Source: a virus (Duplodnaviria > Caudoviricetes). From it: DNA of 47,908 nucleotides. The position numbers were made by a program, and so were the translations under genes. The stretch covers positions 1 through 47,908 of the IMG/VR virus record IMGVR_UViG_3300024283_000005. One strand, given 5' to 3'. Shown here in pieces: positions 15,413 through 23,596 of this stretch. How positions within the stretch are numbered: position 1 is the first letter of the stretch; every line of letters starts with the position of its first letter. The notes under the pieces are model-generated. The model made no database searches, was not told the DNA's origin, and was given only the letters and a program-made list of their open reading frames with translations.

Positions 15413-16694
15413 ACCCCGGCGTGTTGCCCCGCGTGGGCCCGGGCTTGTCACTCGGCGGCACCGCGGGCGCCTTCGGCACAGCTCGCCACCGCGACACCTG
15501 CGACACCTCGCGCGCAATCAACGCGTCTATCTCCTCGTCGGACAGCGACCGCCCGCCCCCGGCGCGGCTCGCATCCATCATGCGGTTGTAGGCCTCTCGC
15601 GCCCGCCCGAGCCCGCCGGGCTGCGAGCTGTCCGGCGCTGCCGGATCGGGCGCCGCAGGCGTTGGGGGCGCTGCAGGCCGCCGCTGCGACGCCGCCGCCG
15701 CCGGCTCGGGCGCTGCCGGCTCGGGCGTTGCAGGCGTTGCAGGCGTTGCAGGCCGGCGCTGTGACGCCACCGGCGAGGGGCGCCACCGCACGAGCTGCTG
15801 CGCGTCGTGCTCGAGCTCGTCGGCCTCGCGCTCGTCGTCGGCCTCGTCGCCGTCGTCGGCCTCGTCGGCTGTCGCTGCGCCCGTCTCGCCTGCGAGCGCC
15901 TCGGCTGCATCCATCGCCGCAAACACCCGGCGCCGCTCGGCGGCACCCGTGAGCTCGTCGACCACCTCGCGCACGCACGCTGCCCATGCATCCGCGTCGT
16001 CGTCTGTCGCGAGCTCGATAAGTCGCTGCCCGACGCGCAGCGCGAGCGCCGCATCGTCACGCACACCGCGCTCGAGCGCCTCGCGCAAGTGGCCATGCGC
16101 CGCCGCATTCGCCCAGCCACGCAGCGCCCGCTGCGCCGTCTCTCTGCCGGGCCCATGTTTGGGTATGTCGAGGTCAGGCCCCCGCCGCAGCGCGAGCAAC
16201 GAGTGGGCCATCGCCACGTCGAGCGGCATCTTGCCGAGCCCCGTCGATGCGTCGGCATCGTCGCCGCCTGACCAACGCTCGGCGGCAATGTGCGCGAGAC
16301 GCGGCGGCACCATCGACGAGCCGTAAACCGTCGAGCTGCCGATCAGCACCACAAACGAGCGCACCACAGCGCGCAGCGTCTCGTCGCTCGGCGGCACTCG
16401 CCCCTCGACCACCGCCCGCGCGCCCGCCTGCCCGGGCCGCCCGAAGACAACCTGCTCGAGCGGATAGTCAAGCAGCAGCGCGACCGCGATCAGCTGCCGC
16501 AAGTCGGGATCACGCTCACCCGTGCACCACGTCACCACCGTCGAGCCGTGCACGCCCAACGAGCGCGCAAACTTGTGCCGACTAAACCCCCGGCTCATGT
16601 ACGCCGCCCATATGCGGCGCTGCAGCGTCGGCTCGCCCATCGGGTCGTCGGGTGTAGGTGCTTCGAGGTCTGAGATTCTAAGCCGTAGCGCCAT
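15396..16694 (-). CDS. CI-like repressor (XRE HTH) with a long non-peptidase C-terminal region
   Basis: FSRHKFARSLGVHGSTVVTWCTGERDPDLRQLIAVALLLDYPLEQVVFG; divergent from the Cro-like gene. Confidence 0.75.
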   Translation of the reverse strand: MALRLRISDLEAPTPDDPMGEPTLQRRIWAAYMSRGFSRHKFARSLGVHGSTVVTWCTGERDPDLRQLIAVALLLDYPLEQVVFGRPGQAGARAVVEGRVPPSDETLRAVVRSFVVLIGSSTVYGSSMVPPRLAHIAAERWSGGDDADASTGLGKMPLDVAMAHSLLALRRGPDLDIPKHGPGRETAQRALRGWANAAAHGHLREALERGVRDDAALALRVGQRLIELATDDDADAWAACVREVVDELTGAAERRRVFAAMDAAEALAGETGAATADEADDGDEADDEREADELEHDAQQLVRWRPSPVASQRRPATPATPATPEPAAPEPAAAASQRRPAAPPTPAAPDPAAPDSSQPGGLGRAREAYNRMMDASRAGGGRSLSDEEIDALIAREVSQVSRWRAVPKAPAVPPSDKPGPTRGNTPGSRTRR

Positions 16695-16924
16695 GAGCGA
16701 GCCCCTTGCACGAGCGTTGCAGCATCTGCTCGAGCGGATAGACCGCCCGCGCGTCGTAGGTCAACAGGTTATGCCCGACTAAACGCTCTAAGGCTAGCCA
16801 GCGCAGGCTACAGCACGTCAAAAACGACTAGTCACGCCGCCACCCATGGCGGCGCCTACATGTGCGCAGCGGACGCTCGAGCGTGCGCTCGCTGTATATC
16901 TAACTGTTAGGTGTGGATAGAAGC

Positions 16925-16954
16925 TTGTGCGTTTGCTCGGCGAGCCCGTAGGCT
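16925..16954 (+). promoter_or_regulatory. Rightward (PR-like) promoter
   Basis: TTGTGC N18 TAGGCT, 9 nt before the cro-like ATG. Confidence 0.45.
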
Positions 16955-16963
16955 CGGCGGTCT

Positions 16964-17203
16964 ATGACGCTCCGCGAATGGTTCGACGCCAACGGACTGG
17001 GAAGCATCTCGCGACTGCATGGCCACACCGGCATCGCGTGCTCGACGCTGCGACGCATCGCAGCGGGCTCGAGCTACCCGCACCGCTCGACGGCGCGCAG
17101 CATCGCAGAGGCCACGGAACACGCAGTGTCCGTCGATGCGATCTATCGCGTGTGCAAGCGCCGCCGCCGCGAGCGCGAGCGCGAGCTGCTCGCTGCCACC
17201 TAA
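16964..17203 (+). CDS. Cro-like HTH regulator
   Basis: MTLREWF...ISRLHGHTGIACSTLRRIAAGSSYP...ARSIAEATEHAVSVDAI. Confidence 0.8.
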   Translation: MTLREWFDANGLGSISRLHGHTGIACSTLRRIAAGSSYPHRSTARSIAEATEHAVSVDAIYRVCKRRRRERERELLAAT

Positions 17204-17279
17204 CGCCGCACGCCTCGCTGCGCGTGCGCGCCGCTGCTCGCTCGCGTTGTCGGGGCTCGCCGCTCGAGCTCACTCCCCT

Positions 17280-18275
17280 ATGCACGACTACGTCAAAGTA
17301 CACGACACGTACTATGGGCCCGACTCGCCGCTCGACGGACTCGGGCGAGCGCTCCTAACCGCGCTCTTACACCTCGCCCGCCTGCACGCCCAGCGCATGC
17401 GCGCTGCGAGCGTCGCGCGCACTGCAACCGTGACAGTCACGCGCGACGCTTGCGTGACTGTCACGCCCAACGAGCAGCACGAGCCCGTGCCCATTGCGTG
17501 GTGCAACGGCGCACCGCTCAGCGTCCGTCAGATTGCAGCAGCAGCCGGGCTCACCACGCGTCAGACCAAACGCGGGCTCGAGCGCCTGCAGGCCATCGGC
17601 GAGATCGCCCCGCTGCCGGGCGGCGGCGTAGCTCTGCTCGGCTATTGGCGCACGCAAGAGACGCCCGCAGCCGCCCGCAAGCGCCGCTCGCGTGCCCGAG
17701 CTCGAGCCCGCGACGCTCGCGCAGACGCAGCCCGCGATCGCCCCAGCTCGGCGCTAGACCACGTCGAGCAGAATCAAGCAAACGAGACGCCGTCAGGGCG
17801 TGACAGTCACACACTAAGTCACACCGACAGTCACGCAGCCAGTCACGCAGCCAGTCACGCCCCCGGTCACGCGCACAGTCACGCCCGCGTCGCGCCCCTG
17901 CCCACCGCTGCAGCGGCGCACGACGTCGACATCGACCGCGGGCGTACGTGGCTCGACCTGCTTTGTCAGACCCTGTTTACGCGCCCCGCGCCCTACCCGA
18001 GCACGCACCACGAGCGCAACGCCTATGCCGAGCTCGGGCGCAAACCGCCGCGCGACCTCGCCCGCGTCGCAGCCACCATCACGCGGCTCGTGCGCGCTCG
18101 CCCCGACGTGCAGGCGTCGCGCTACTACACCGCCGGGCACGTGCTGCGGTATTGGCCCGACTATCTCGCGGGCGAGCCGCCCAGCGGGCGAGCTAAGCCG
18201 CTCGAGCAGCCCGGCCGCCCCGCGCCGCTGCGACCCGCTACCGCCGCCGAGCTCGCGGCAGAGGCCGTGTTATGA
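17280..18275 (+). CDS. Lambdoid-type replication initiator (replisome organizer)
   Basis: MHDYVKVH N-terminus; wHTH LSVRQIAAAAGLTTRQTKRGLERLQAIGEI; internal iterons; followed by a DnaC-like gene. Confidence 0.7.
   Translation: MHDYVKVHDTYYGPDSPLDGLGRALLTALLHLARLHAQRMRAASVARTATVTVTRDACVTVTPNEQHEPVPIAWCNGAPLSVRQIAAAAGLTTRQTKRGLERLQAIGEIAPLPGGGVALLGYWRTQETPAAARKRRSRARARARDARADAARDRPSSALDHVEQNQANETPSGRDSHTLSHTDSHAASHAASHAPGHAHSHARVAPLPTAAAAHDVDIDRGRTWLDLLCQTLFTRPAPYPSTHHERNAYAELGRKPPRDLARVAATITRLVRARPDVQASRYYTAGHVLRYWPDYLAGEPPSGRAKPLEQPGRPAPLRPATAAELAAEAVL
17805..17888. repeat. Seven 12-bp tandem repeats (AGTCACnnnnnn) within the initiator gene; putative lytic-origin iterons
   Basis: (A/G)GTCAC at 17805, 17817, 17829, 17841, 17853, 17865, 17877; GTGAC(A/T)GTCAC palindromes at 17430, 17454, 17800. 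Confidence 0.75.
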
Positions 18276-18988
18276 CCTCGCGCCGCGACGCCCCGCCGGC
18301 CTCTGTCGCATCGCTCATGCCGACCGCCAAGCAGCGGCTGCGTGAGGTCATCGAGCAGTGCGCCCGCGTGGTCGCCAGCGGCGGGCAGCGACCGCCGAGC
18401 CCACCCGGGCCGCCCCCCGACCCCGTCGCCCGAGCTCGCGACCGCAAGCTCGCTCGCCGCCGGCAGCTCGAGCAGCTCGGCGTCGGGCTCACGCCTCGTG
18501 TGCTCGAGCTGCTCGCTGCCGAGCAGCTGCCCCGCAGCTTGCCGCTCGATGCCGTGCGTGACTGGTACCGCGACCCCGAGCGGCGCCGCGTGCTCGTGCT
18601 GTGCGCGAGCGTCGGCTCGGGCAAGACCGTTGCAGGCGCCGCGCTCGCGCTCGAGCACCCCGCGAGTCTATGGGCGACCCCGCGCGCGCTCCTGCAGGCG
18701 CACGGCACGCTATACGGCGACGAGGGCGCGCGCTGGCAACGTCTCGCGCAGGCGCCGCTGCTCATCGTCGACGGGCTCGGCGGCGAGGAAACCCGCCACC
18801 ATGCGCAAGTGTCGCTCGCGCTGCGCGAGCTGCTCGAGGCGCGCGCGTCGCGCGACACGCTCGTCACGAGCTACGTCTCGCAAGGGCAGCTCAAGACCAC
18901 CTACGCGCACGGCGCGCTCGGCTCGCTGCTCGACGAGCTCGCGCTGCAGCGCACTGTCGCGGGCCCCAACTTGCGAGACAAGCCGTGA
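18272..18988 (+). CDS. DnaC/IstB-like AAA+ helicase loader (degenerate motifs)
   Basis: Walker A ASVGSGKT, Walker B LLIVDGLGGE, ELLEAR..RDTLVTS. Confidence 0.75.
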   Translation: MTSRRDAPPASVASLMPTAKQRLREVIEQCARVVASGGQRPPSPPGPPPDPVARARDRKLARRRQLEQLGVGLTPRVLELLAAEQLPRSLPLDAVRDWYRDPERRRVLVLCASVGSGKTVAGAALALEHPASLWATPRALLQAHGTLYGDEGARWQRLAQAPLLIVDGLGGEETRHHAQVSLALRELLEARASRDTLVTSYVSQGQLKTTYAHGALGSLLDELALQRTVAGPNLRDKP

Positions 18989-19230
18989 GCCGCGTGTGCC
19001 CGCGTTGCCTCCTGCGCAGCGGGCAGCGCGTCGCCATGCGCGTCGCGCACAGCTGCCCCGACCTCGACCGCGTCTGCGCGCGCTGCCGCCGCTGCCTCTA
19101 CGTCGACGTCCAGCGCGCCGACGAGCTCGGCACGCTCTCAGTCTGCAACCCGTGCGGCTGTTTCTACGCGCCCAGCGCCCCGCCCAACGCCCCGCCCCGC
19201 CCAACCCCTGCCCCCGTGAGCCGACCATGA
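18985..19230 (+). CDS. Small Cys-rich zinc-finger protein
   Basis: CPRC, CARCRRC, CNPCGC; GTGA and ATGA overlaps on both sides. Confidence 0.6.
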   Translation: MSRVCPRCLLRSGQRVAMRVAHSCPDLDRVCARCRRCLYVDVQRADELGTLSVCNPCGCFYAPSAPPNAPPRPTPAPVSRP

Positions 19231-19841
19231 CTGCACGCCTGCTGCCGTTCCTGCGCCCCTCGCGCACCTCGCGTCGGGGGCTGCACTTCAAGCGCTCCGA
19301 GCCGCGCGACTTCCCCACCCCTCGCCCGCTCGAGCTCGTGCTGCTCGCCGTCGACGTCGCGAGTACGTCGGGCACCGCCCGCTACACGCGCGGCAAGCTC
19401 CACGACTACGGCGAGCTCGACATCGACGCCGACGAGCACCGGCACGTGCTCATGCGCTCGACGCGCGACCTCGCCGAGCAGCTCGGGCTGCCGCTCGCGC
19501 TCGCGCTCGAGGTGCCCTACGGCGGGCCGCTCAGCTCCGTCGTACGTCTGCGCGAGCACGTCGCTGTGTGGCGCGCTGCGTGGCGCTACAGCGGCGGGCC
19601 CGCGCACCACGTAATCGAGTACACCGCGGCAGAGTGGCGCTCGCGCTGCTTTGGGCTCGGCACACTCAAGCGCGAGGACGCGCGGCGGCTCGAGCTGCGC
19701 GCAGCCTACGGGCTCTTAGAGCGGGCGCGGCTGCCCATCACGCCGCTCACCAACGACGCCGCCGCGGCCATCTGTCTAGGCCACGTCGCGTCAACGAGCG
19801 GCATCCTGCACGCGCGCACCAAGTGCCGCATTACCTCATGA
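19227..19841 (+). CDS. RuvC-like Holliday junction resolvase
   Basis: LLAVDVASTSG, ALEVPY, EYTAAEWRS, NDAAAAICLG (the second acidic residue of DxxD appears replaced). Confidence 0.7.
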   Translation: MTARLLPFLRPSRTSRRGLHFKRSEPRDFPTPRPLELVLLAVDVASTSGTARYTRGKLHDYGELDIDADEHRHVLMRSTRDLAEQLGLPLALALEVPYGGPLSSVVRLREHVAVWRAAWRYSGGPAHHVIEYTAAEWRSRCFGLGTLKREDARRLELRAAYGLLERARLPITPLTNDAAAAICLGHVASTSGILHARTKCRITS

Positions 19842-19851
19842 GGCGCTCGCC

Positions 19852-20172
19852 GTGGCGTCTCCCAAGCCGATCCCGGACACACCGACGCACTGCCGCTGCG
19901 GGGCTCTACTGCCGCCGCTGCGCCGCTATGGGGGGCTGTGCAGCGCGTGCTTGCCGTCCGCGCCGCCGTCGCGCCTGCCCGACCCCATGGCGACAGCTTG
20001 GACGATAGTCAGTGCGTTTGTGAGGCAGCGCAGCGCGGGCCCCGAAAACTGGTTTGTAGTGCGCTGCCGTTGCGGAACCGTGCGCGAGATGAGCTCGAGC
20101 AAGTGGCGCAGCCGGCACTCGACGCAGTGCGACGCGTGCCGCCGCTCGGCGACGCGGGGCCCAACCTACTAA
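19852..20172 (+). CDS. Cys-rich hypothetical protein
   Basis: CRCG, CSAC, WFVVRCRCG, CDAC. Confidence 0.6.
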   Translation: MASPKPIPDTPTHCRCGALLPPLRRYGGLCSACLPSAPPSRLPDPMATAWTIVSAFVRQRSAGPENWFVVRCRCGTVREMSSSKWRSRHSTQCDACRRSATRGPTY

Positions 20173-20192
20173 CACACCCTGTTTGACTGTCT

Positions 20193-20861
20193 ATGCCGCC
20201 CAAGCAGCGCACACGACCTGCACCCAAAAAAGCAGCCATCAGCAGCAAAACCCGGCGCTCGCGCCCGCGCGCGCGCGAAACAGACAAGCCCAAGAAACGA
20301 GCTCGCCCGACTGTCGAGCTTTACGAGCGCGCAGTGGTGCTCGGCGACCTCGCAGGGCGCGGCGTCAACATCCCCGACATGACACTGCAACAGTCAGATC
20401 GGCGCGTCGTCTATAACCGCGTGCTGCATGAGCGCCTCTGCGCCATGGTCGCCGTCGGCGTGCCCATCGCCACCGCATGCCAGGCCGAGTCAATCAACCG
20501 CTCGACCTACTACGAGTGGCGCAAGCGCGGTCAGGCCGGCGAGCAACCGTTTGCCACGTTCTGGGATGACATGCAGGCCTCGCTTGCTCGAGCAGAGGCG
20601 AGCGTCGTGCAGCGCGTCACGTCGGCCTCGCTCGAGGATTGGCGCGCGGGCGCTTGGTATCTCGAGCGGCGCTTTCCGCAGCGCTACCGGCAAAAGCAGA
20701 CTGTCACTGTCACTAAGGGCCCCTCTGACATGAGCGACGCCGAGCTCGACGCGGCCATCGCTAAGTACGGATTCACGCGCGCGCCCGACGCGCTCACCGA
20801 CCCGCAACCCTCACCGACCACCGACGCACCCGGCACACAAGGACCATCACCGCATGCCTAG
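20193..20861 (+). CDS. terS: Terminase small subunit
   Basis: HTH ACQAESINRSTYYEW and DWRAGAWYLERRFP; upstream of terL. Confidence 0.7.
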   Translation: MPPKQRTRPAPKKAAISSKTRRSRPRARETDKPKKRARPTVELYERAVVLGDLAGRGVNIPDMTLQQSDRRVVYNRVLHERLCAMVAVGVPIATACQAESINRSTYYEWRKRGQAGEQPFATFWDDMQASLARAEASVVQRVTSASLEDWRAGAWYLERRFPQRYRQKQTVTVTKGPSDMSDAELDAAIAKYGFTRAPDALTDPQPSPTTDAPGTQGPSPHA

Positions 20862-22065
20862 ACCAACAGTCACGATCCCCACGTGGGCAACCACCGGCAC
20901 CAAGCTCGAGCCGCCAACAGGCAAGCGCGCGCTAGGCTGGATTGTCGACGAGCCGCCGCCCGCCGAGTGGTGGAACCATCTGCAGTATGCCACTGGCGAG
21001 TGGTTGACGTTTCTAAACGCTGTGATCCTCGGCGAGGCCACCGCCGACCTCGCGCTGCGCTTCGCTCAATCGAGCGCCGCCGCTGACATCGTGCCGCTAC
21101 TAGCTGCGACGAGCGTGCCCAACGGCGCATACCGCCTCGTCGCGCGCTTCCCGACCACCTCGCCTACCGTGTTCGCAAGTCTCTACGTAGGCGGCAGCGC
21201 TACGCGCAAGCTCATGCTGGTTTATAACGCCAGCTGGAACGGCACGCAGTGGGCACAGAATAGCGCCGCCGTGGCGCAGGCCATCGCGATCAACACCGTC
21301 AACGCGCTCGAGGTGCTCACGCACGCCGCGAGCCCGGCAAGCTGGAACGACTCGGCATGGGCGTCGGGCGCATTCGACACCATCAACGTCACGACGCTCA
21401 ACGCGACGTCGGTGATAGCGACATCCGGCAACTTCTCGGCAGTCCTAACCGGGAAAAACATCACATGCGAAACCGTCACCTCGACCATCAACGGCTCGTT
21501 CAAAGACGTGAAAATCGAGACGGAGCTGCACCTCACGGGCCCCATCGATATCGAGTACGAGTTAGCGGCAGCCGCGATCCCTATGCGGCACCTGCAGCTC
21601 GACATCATGCGCCCGATTCATTGGAACGTGTCACCGCCCGAGCCGCTCGGCTCGCTCACCATCTACGGCAGCCAGGGCTGCGTCGGCAACACGCACGCCA
21701 CCAACTCCGTCTGGGTTGAGTACCCCGTCGCTGTGCCGCGCGGCACGCAGAAAGTTACTCTCGAAATCACGTGGCGCGCATTCGGGCCCACCGTCTACAA
21801 CCAAGCAAAGCTCGTGTGGTGGCCCCGCGCCATGGGAGCCACAAACCCGCAGCCGCCACCCGCAAGCACCTACAGTCAGATCGGCGCTGACATCGACTTG
21901 CCAGGTTTCACCGCGTCAGACGTGTATCTCACAAGCGCGACCTTTACCGGGCTGCTCGTGATCAACGGCGAGAGCCGCTACAGCGTGCTCGTCAAGCTCG
22001 CCCCGGGCTCTGTACTATGGGGCATCAGACTCGGCTTCGCAGACCCCGGCGCACGCAACGGCTAA
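20854..22065 (+). CDS. Tail-fibre-like virion protein located between terS and terL
   Basis: N-terminal PTWATTGTKLEPPTGKRALGW..EPPPAEWWNHL...GEW resembles fibre baseplate-attachment segments; beta-rich remainder. Confidence 0.6.
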   Translation: MPRPTVTIPTWATTGTKLEPPTGKRALGWIVDEPPPAEWWNHLQYATGEWLTFLNAVILGEATADLALRFAQSSAAADIVPLLAATSVPNGAYRLVARFPTTSPTVFASLYVGGSATRKLMLVYNASWNGTQWAQNSAAVAQAIAINTVNALEVLTHAASPASWNDSAWASGAFDTINVTTLNATSVIATSGNFSAVLTGKNITCETVTSTINGSFKDVKIETELHLTGPIDIEYELAAAAIPMRHLQLDIMRPIHWNVSPPEPLGSLTIYGSQGCVGNTHATNSVWVEYPVAVPRGTQKVTLEITWRAFGPTVYNQAKLVWWPRAMGATNPQPPPASTYSQIGADIDLPGFTASDVYLTSATFTGLLVINGESRYSVLVKLAPGSVLWGIRLGFADPGARNG

Positions 22066-22068
22066 GCC

Positions 22069-23556
22069 GTGGCTGCGCGCATCGAGGACAACCGCTATCT
22101 CGAGCGGCTCATGGCGGAACGTGCCCGCCGCCATGAGCTGCATAGGCGCGTGCGCGATCGCCCCGTCAAGCTGCACGACTTCGTGCGGGCTGCGTGGCCT
22201 TTGGTGGTACCTAACGCCGCATTTGTCGACAACTGGCATGTGGGGGCCATCTGCGAGCACCTCACCGCTCAGAGCGAGGGGCAGCTGCCTCGACTCTGCA
22301 TCAACGTGCCGCCGGGCAGCTCGAAAAGCACGACCGTTTGCGTGCTCTGGCCCGCGTGGGAGTGGACGCTGCGCCCCGGTATACAGTGGCAGTTTTCGGC
22401 CTACGCCGACACGCTCGCGGTGCGTGACTCGCTGCGCTGCAGGCTGCTCGTAGAACAAATGTGGTATCGCGAGCTCTACGGCGACGTGTGGCAGCCCAAC
22501 CGCCGCGCGTGGCTCGCCGATCGCTTCGAGAATGATAAGGGCGGCATACGGCAGAGTGTCAGCGTCGGCGGCTCGCCTACAGGCTTTCACTGCCACCGTC
22601 AGATCGTCGATGACCCCATCAAGCCCATCGACGCGCACAGCACGCTCGCGCTCGCGCGCTGCCGTATGTGGTGGTGGGAAACGATGGCCTCGCGCGTGCT
22701 GCCGGGCCCGACTAACACCCGCACCATCATCATGCAACGCCTGCACGACCGCGACCTCGCGGGCGAGGCCGCCGAGCAGGATTACGCAGTGCTGTCTATC
22801 CCGATGGTCTACAGCCGCAAGGCGACGCGCGCCGCCACGCCCCTCGGGTGGCTCGACCCGCGCAAGTCCGACGGCGAGCTGCTGTGCGCTGCTCGATGGT
22901 CTGACGTCGAGGTCGCGCGACGAAAGCGCGAGTTTGGTCCTGAAGGTTGGAGCGCCCAAGACCAGCAAGACCCCATCCCCGAGGGCGGCGCAATCTATCG
23001 CGACGAGTGGATGCAGCACAGATACCACGTGCTGCCGCGCCTCGACGCGGCGCTCATCGTGCTCACGTTTGACTGTGCGTTCAAAGCTGACGAGACGAGC
23101 TCATACGTCGCGGGCCAAGCATGGGCCTATCTCGCGCCGCGCTTCTACTTGCTCGACGAGGTGCGCGATCACTTAGACTTTCTCGGCACCATCGCCGCCA
23201 TCGAGACGCTCTACCGCAAGTGGCCCGCGTGCTCTGCCGTGCTCATCGAGGACAAAGCCAACGGTCCGGCCGTAATGGACGTTTTGCGCAACCGCATCCC
23301 GGGCATCATTCCCATCGAGCCCGAGGGCAGCAAGATCGCGAGGGCCTACAGCACGCAGCCCATCTTCGCGTCGGGCTCGGTTCACCTGCCTCACCACACC
23401 ATCGCCCCATGGATCGAAGACTGGGTGCTCGAGCATAAACGCTTCCCGCGCGGGGCTGCCAACGACCGCGTCGACGCGCAGAGCCAGGCTTTGCGCTGGC
23501 TCACCGCGGGCATTGCGTCGGGTTACCTGCAGGCGCTCGACGAGATCTCACTCTAA
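22069..23556 (+). CDS. terL: Terminase large subunit
   Basis: LCINVPPGSSKS, IVDDP, IIMQRLHDRDLAG, RNase H-like FDCAFK, IEDKANG, NDRVDA. Confidence 0.95.
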   Translation: MAARIEDNRYLERLMAERARRHELHRRVRDRPVKLHDFVRAAWPLVVPNAAFVDNWHVGAICEHLTAQSEGQLPRLCINVPPGSSKSTTVCVLWPAWEWTLRPGIQWQFSAYADTLAVRDSLRCRLLVEQMWYRELYGDVWQPNRRAWLADRFENDKGGIRQSVSVGGSPTGFHCHRQIVDDPIKPIDAHSTLALARCRMWWWETMASRVLPGPTNTRTIIMQRLHDRDLAGEAAEQDYAVLSIPMVYSRKATRAATPLGWLDPRKSDGELLCAARWSDVEVARRKREFGPEGWSAQDQQDPIPEGGAIYRDEWMQHRYHVLPRLDAALIVLTFDCAFKADETSSYVAGQAWAYLAPRFYLLDEVRDHLDFLGTIAAIETLYRKWPACSAVLIEDKANGPAVMDVLRNRIPGIIPIEPEGSKIARAYSTQPIFASGSVHLPHHTIAPWIEDWVLEHKRFPRGAANDRVDAQSQALRWLTAGIASGYLQALDEISL

Positions 23557-23596
23557 GCCCGTAGACAGCTCGAGCGCTCGCCCGCTACGCGCCCCC

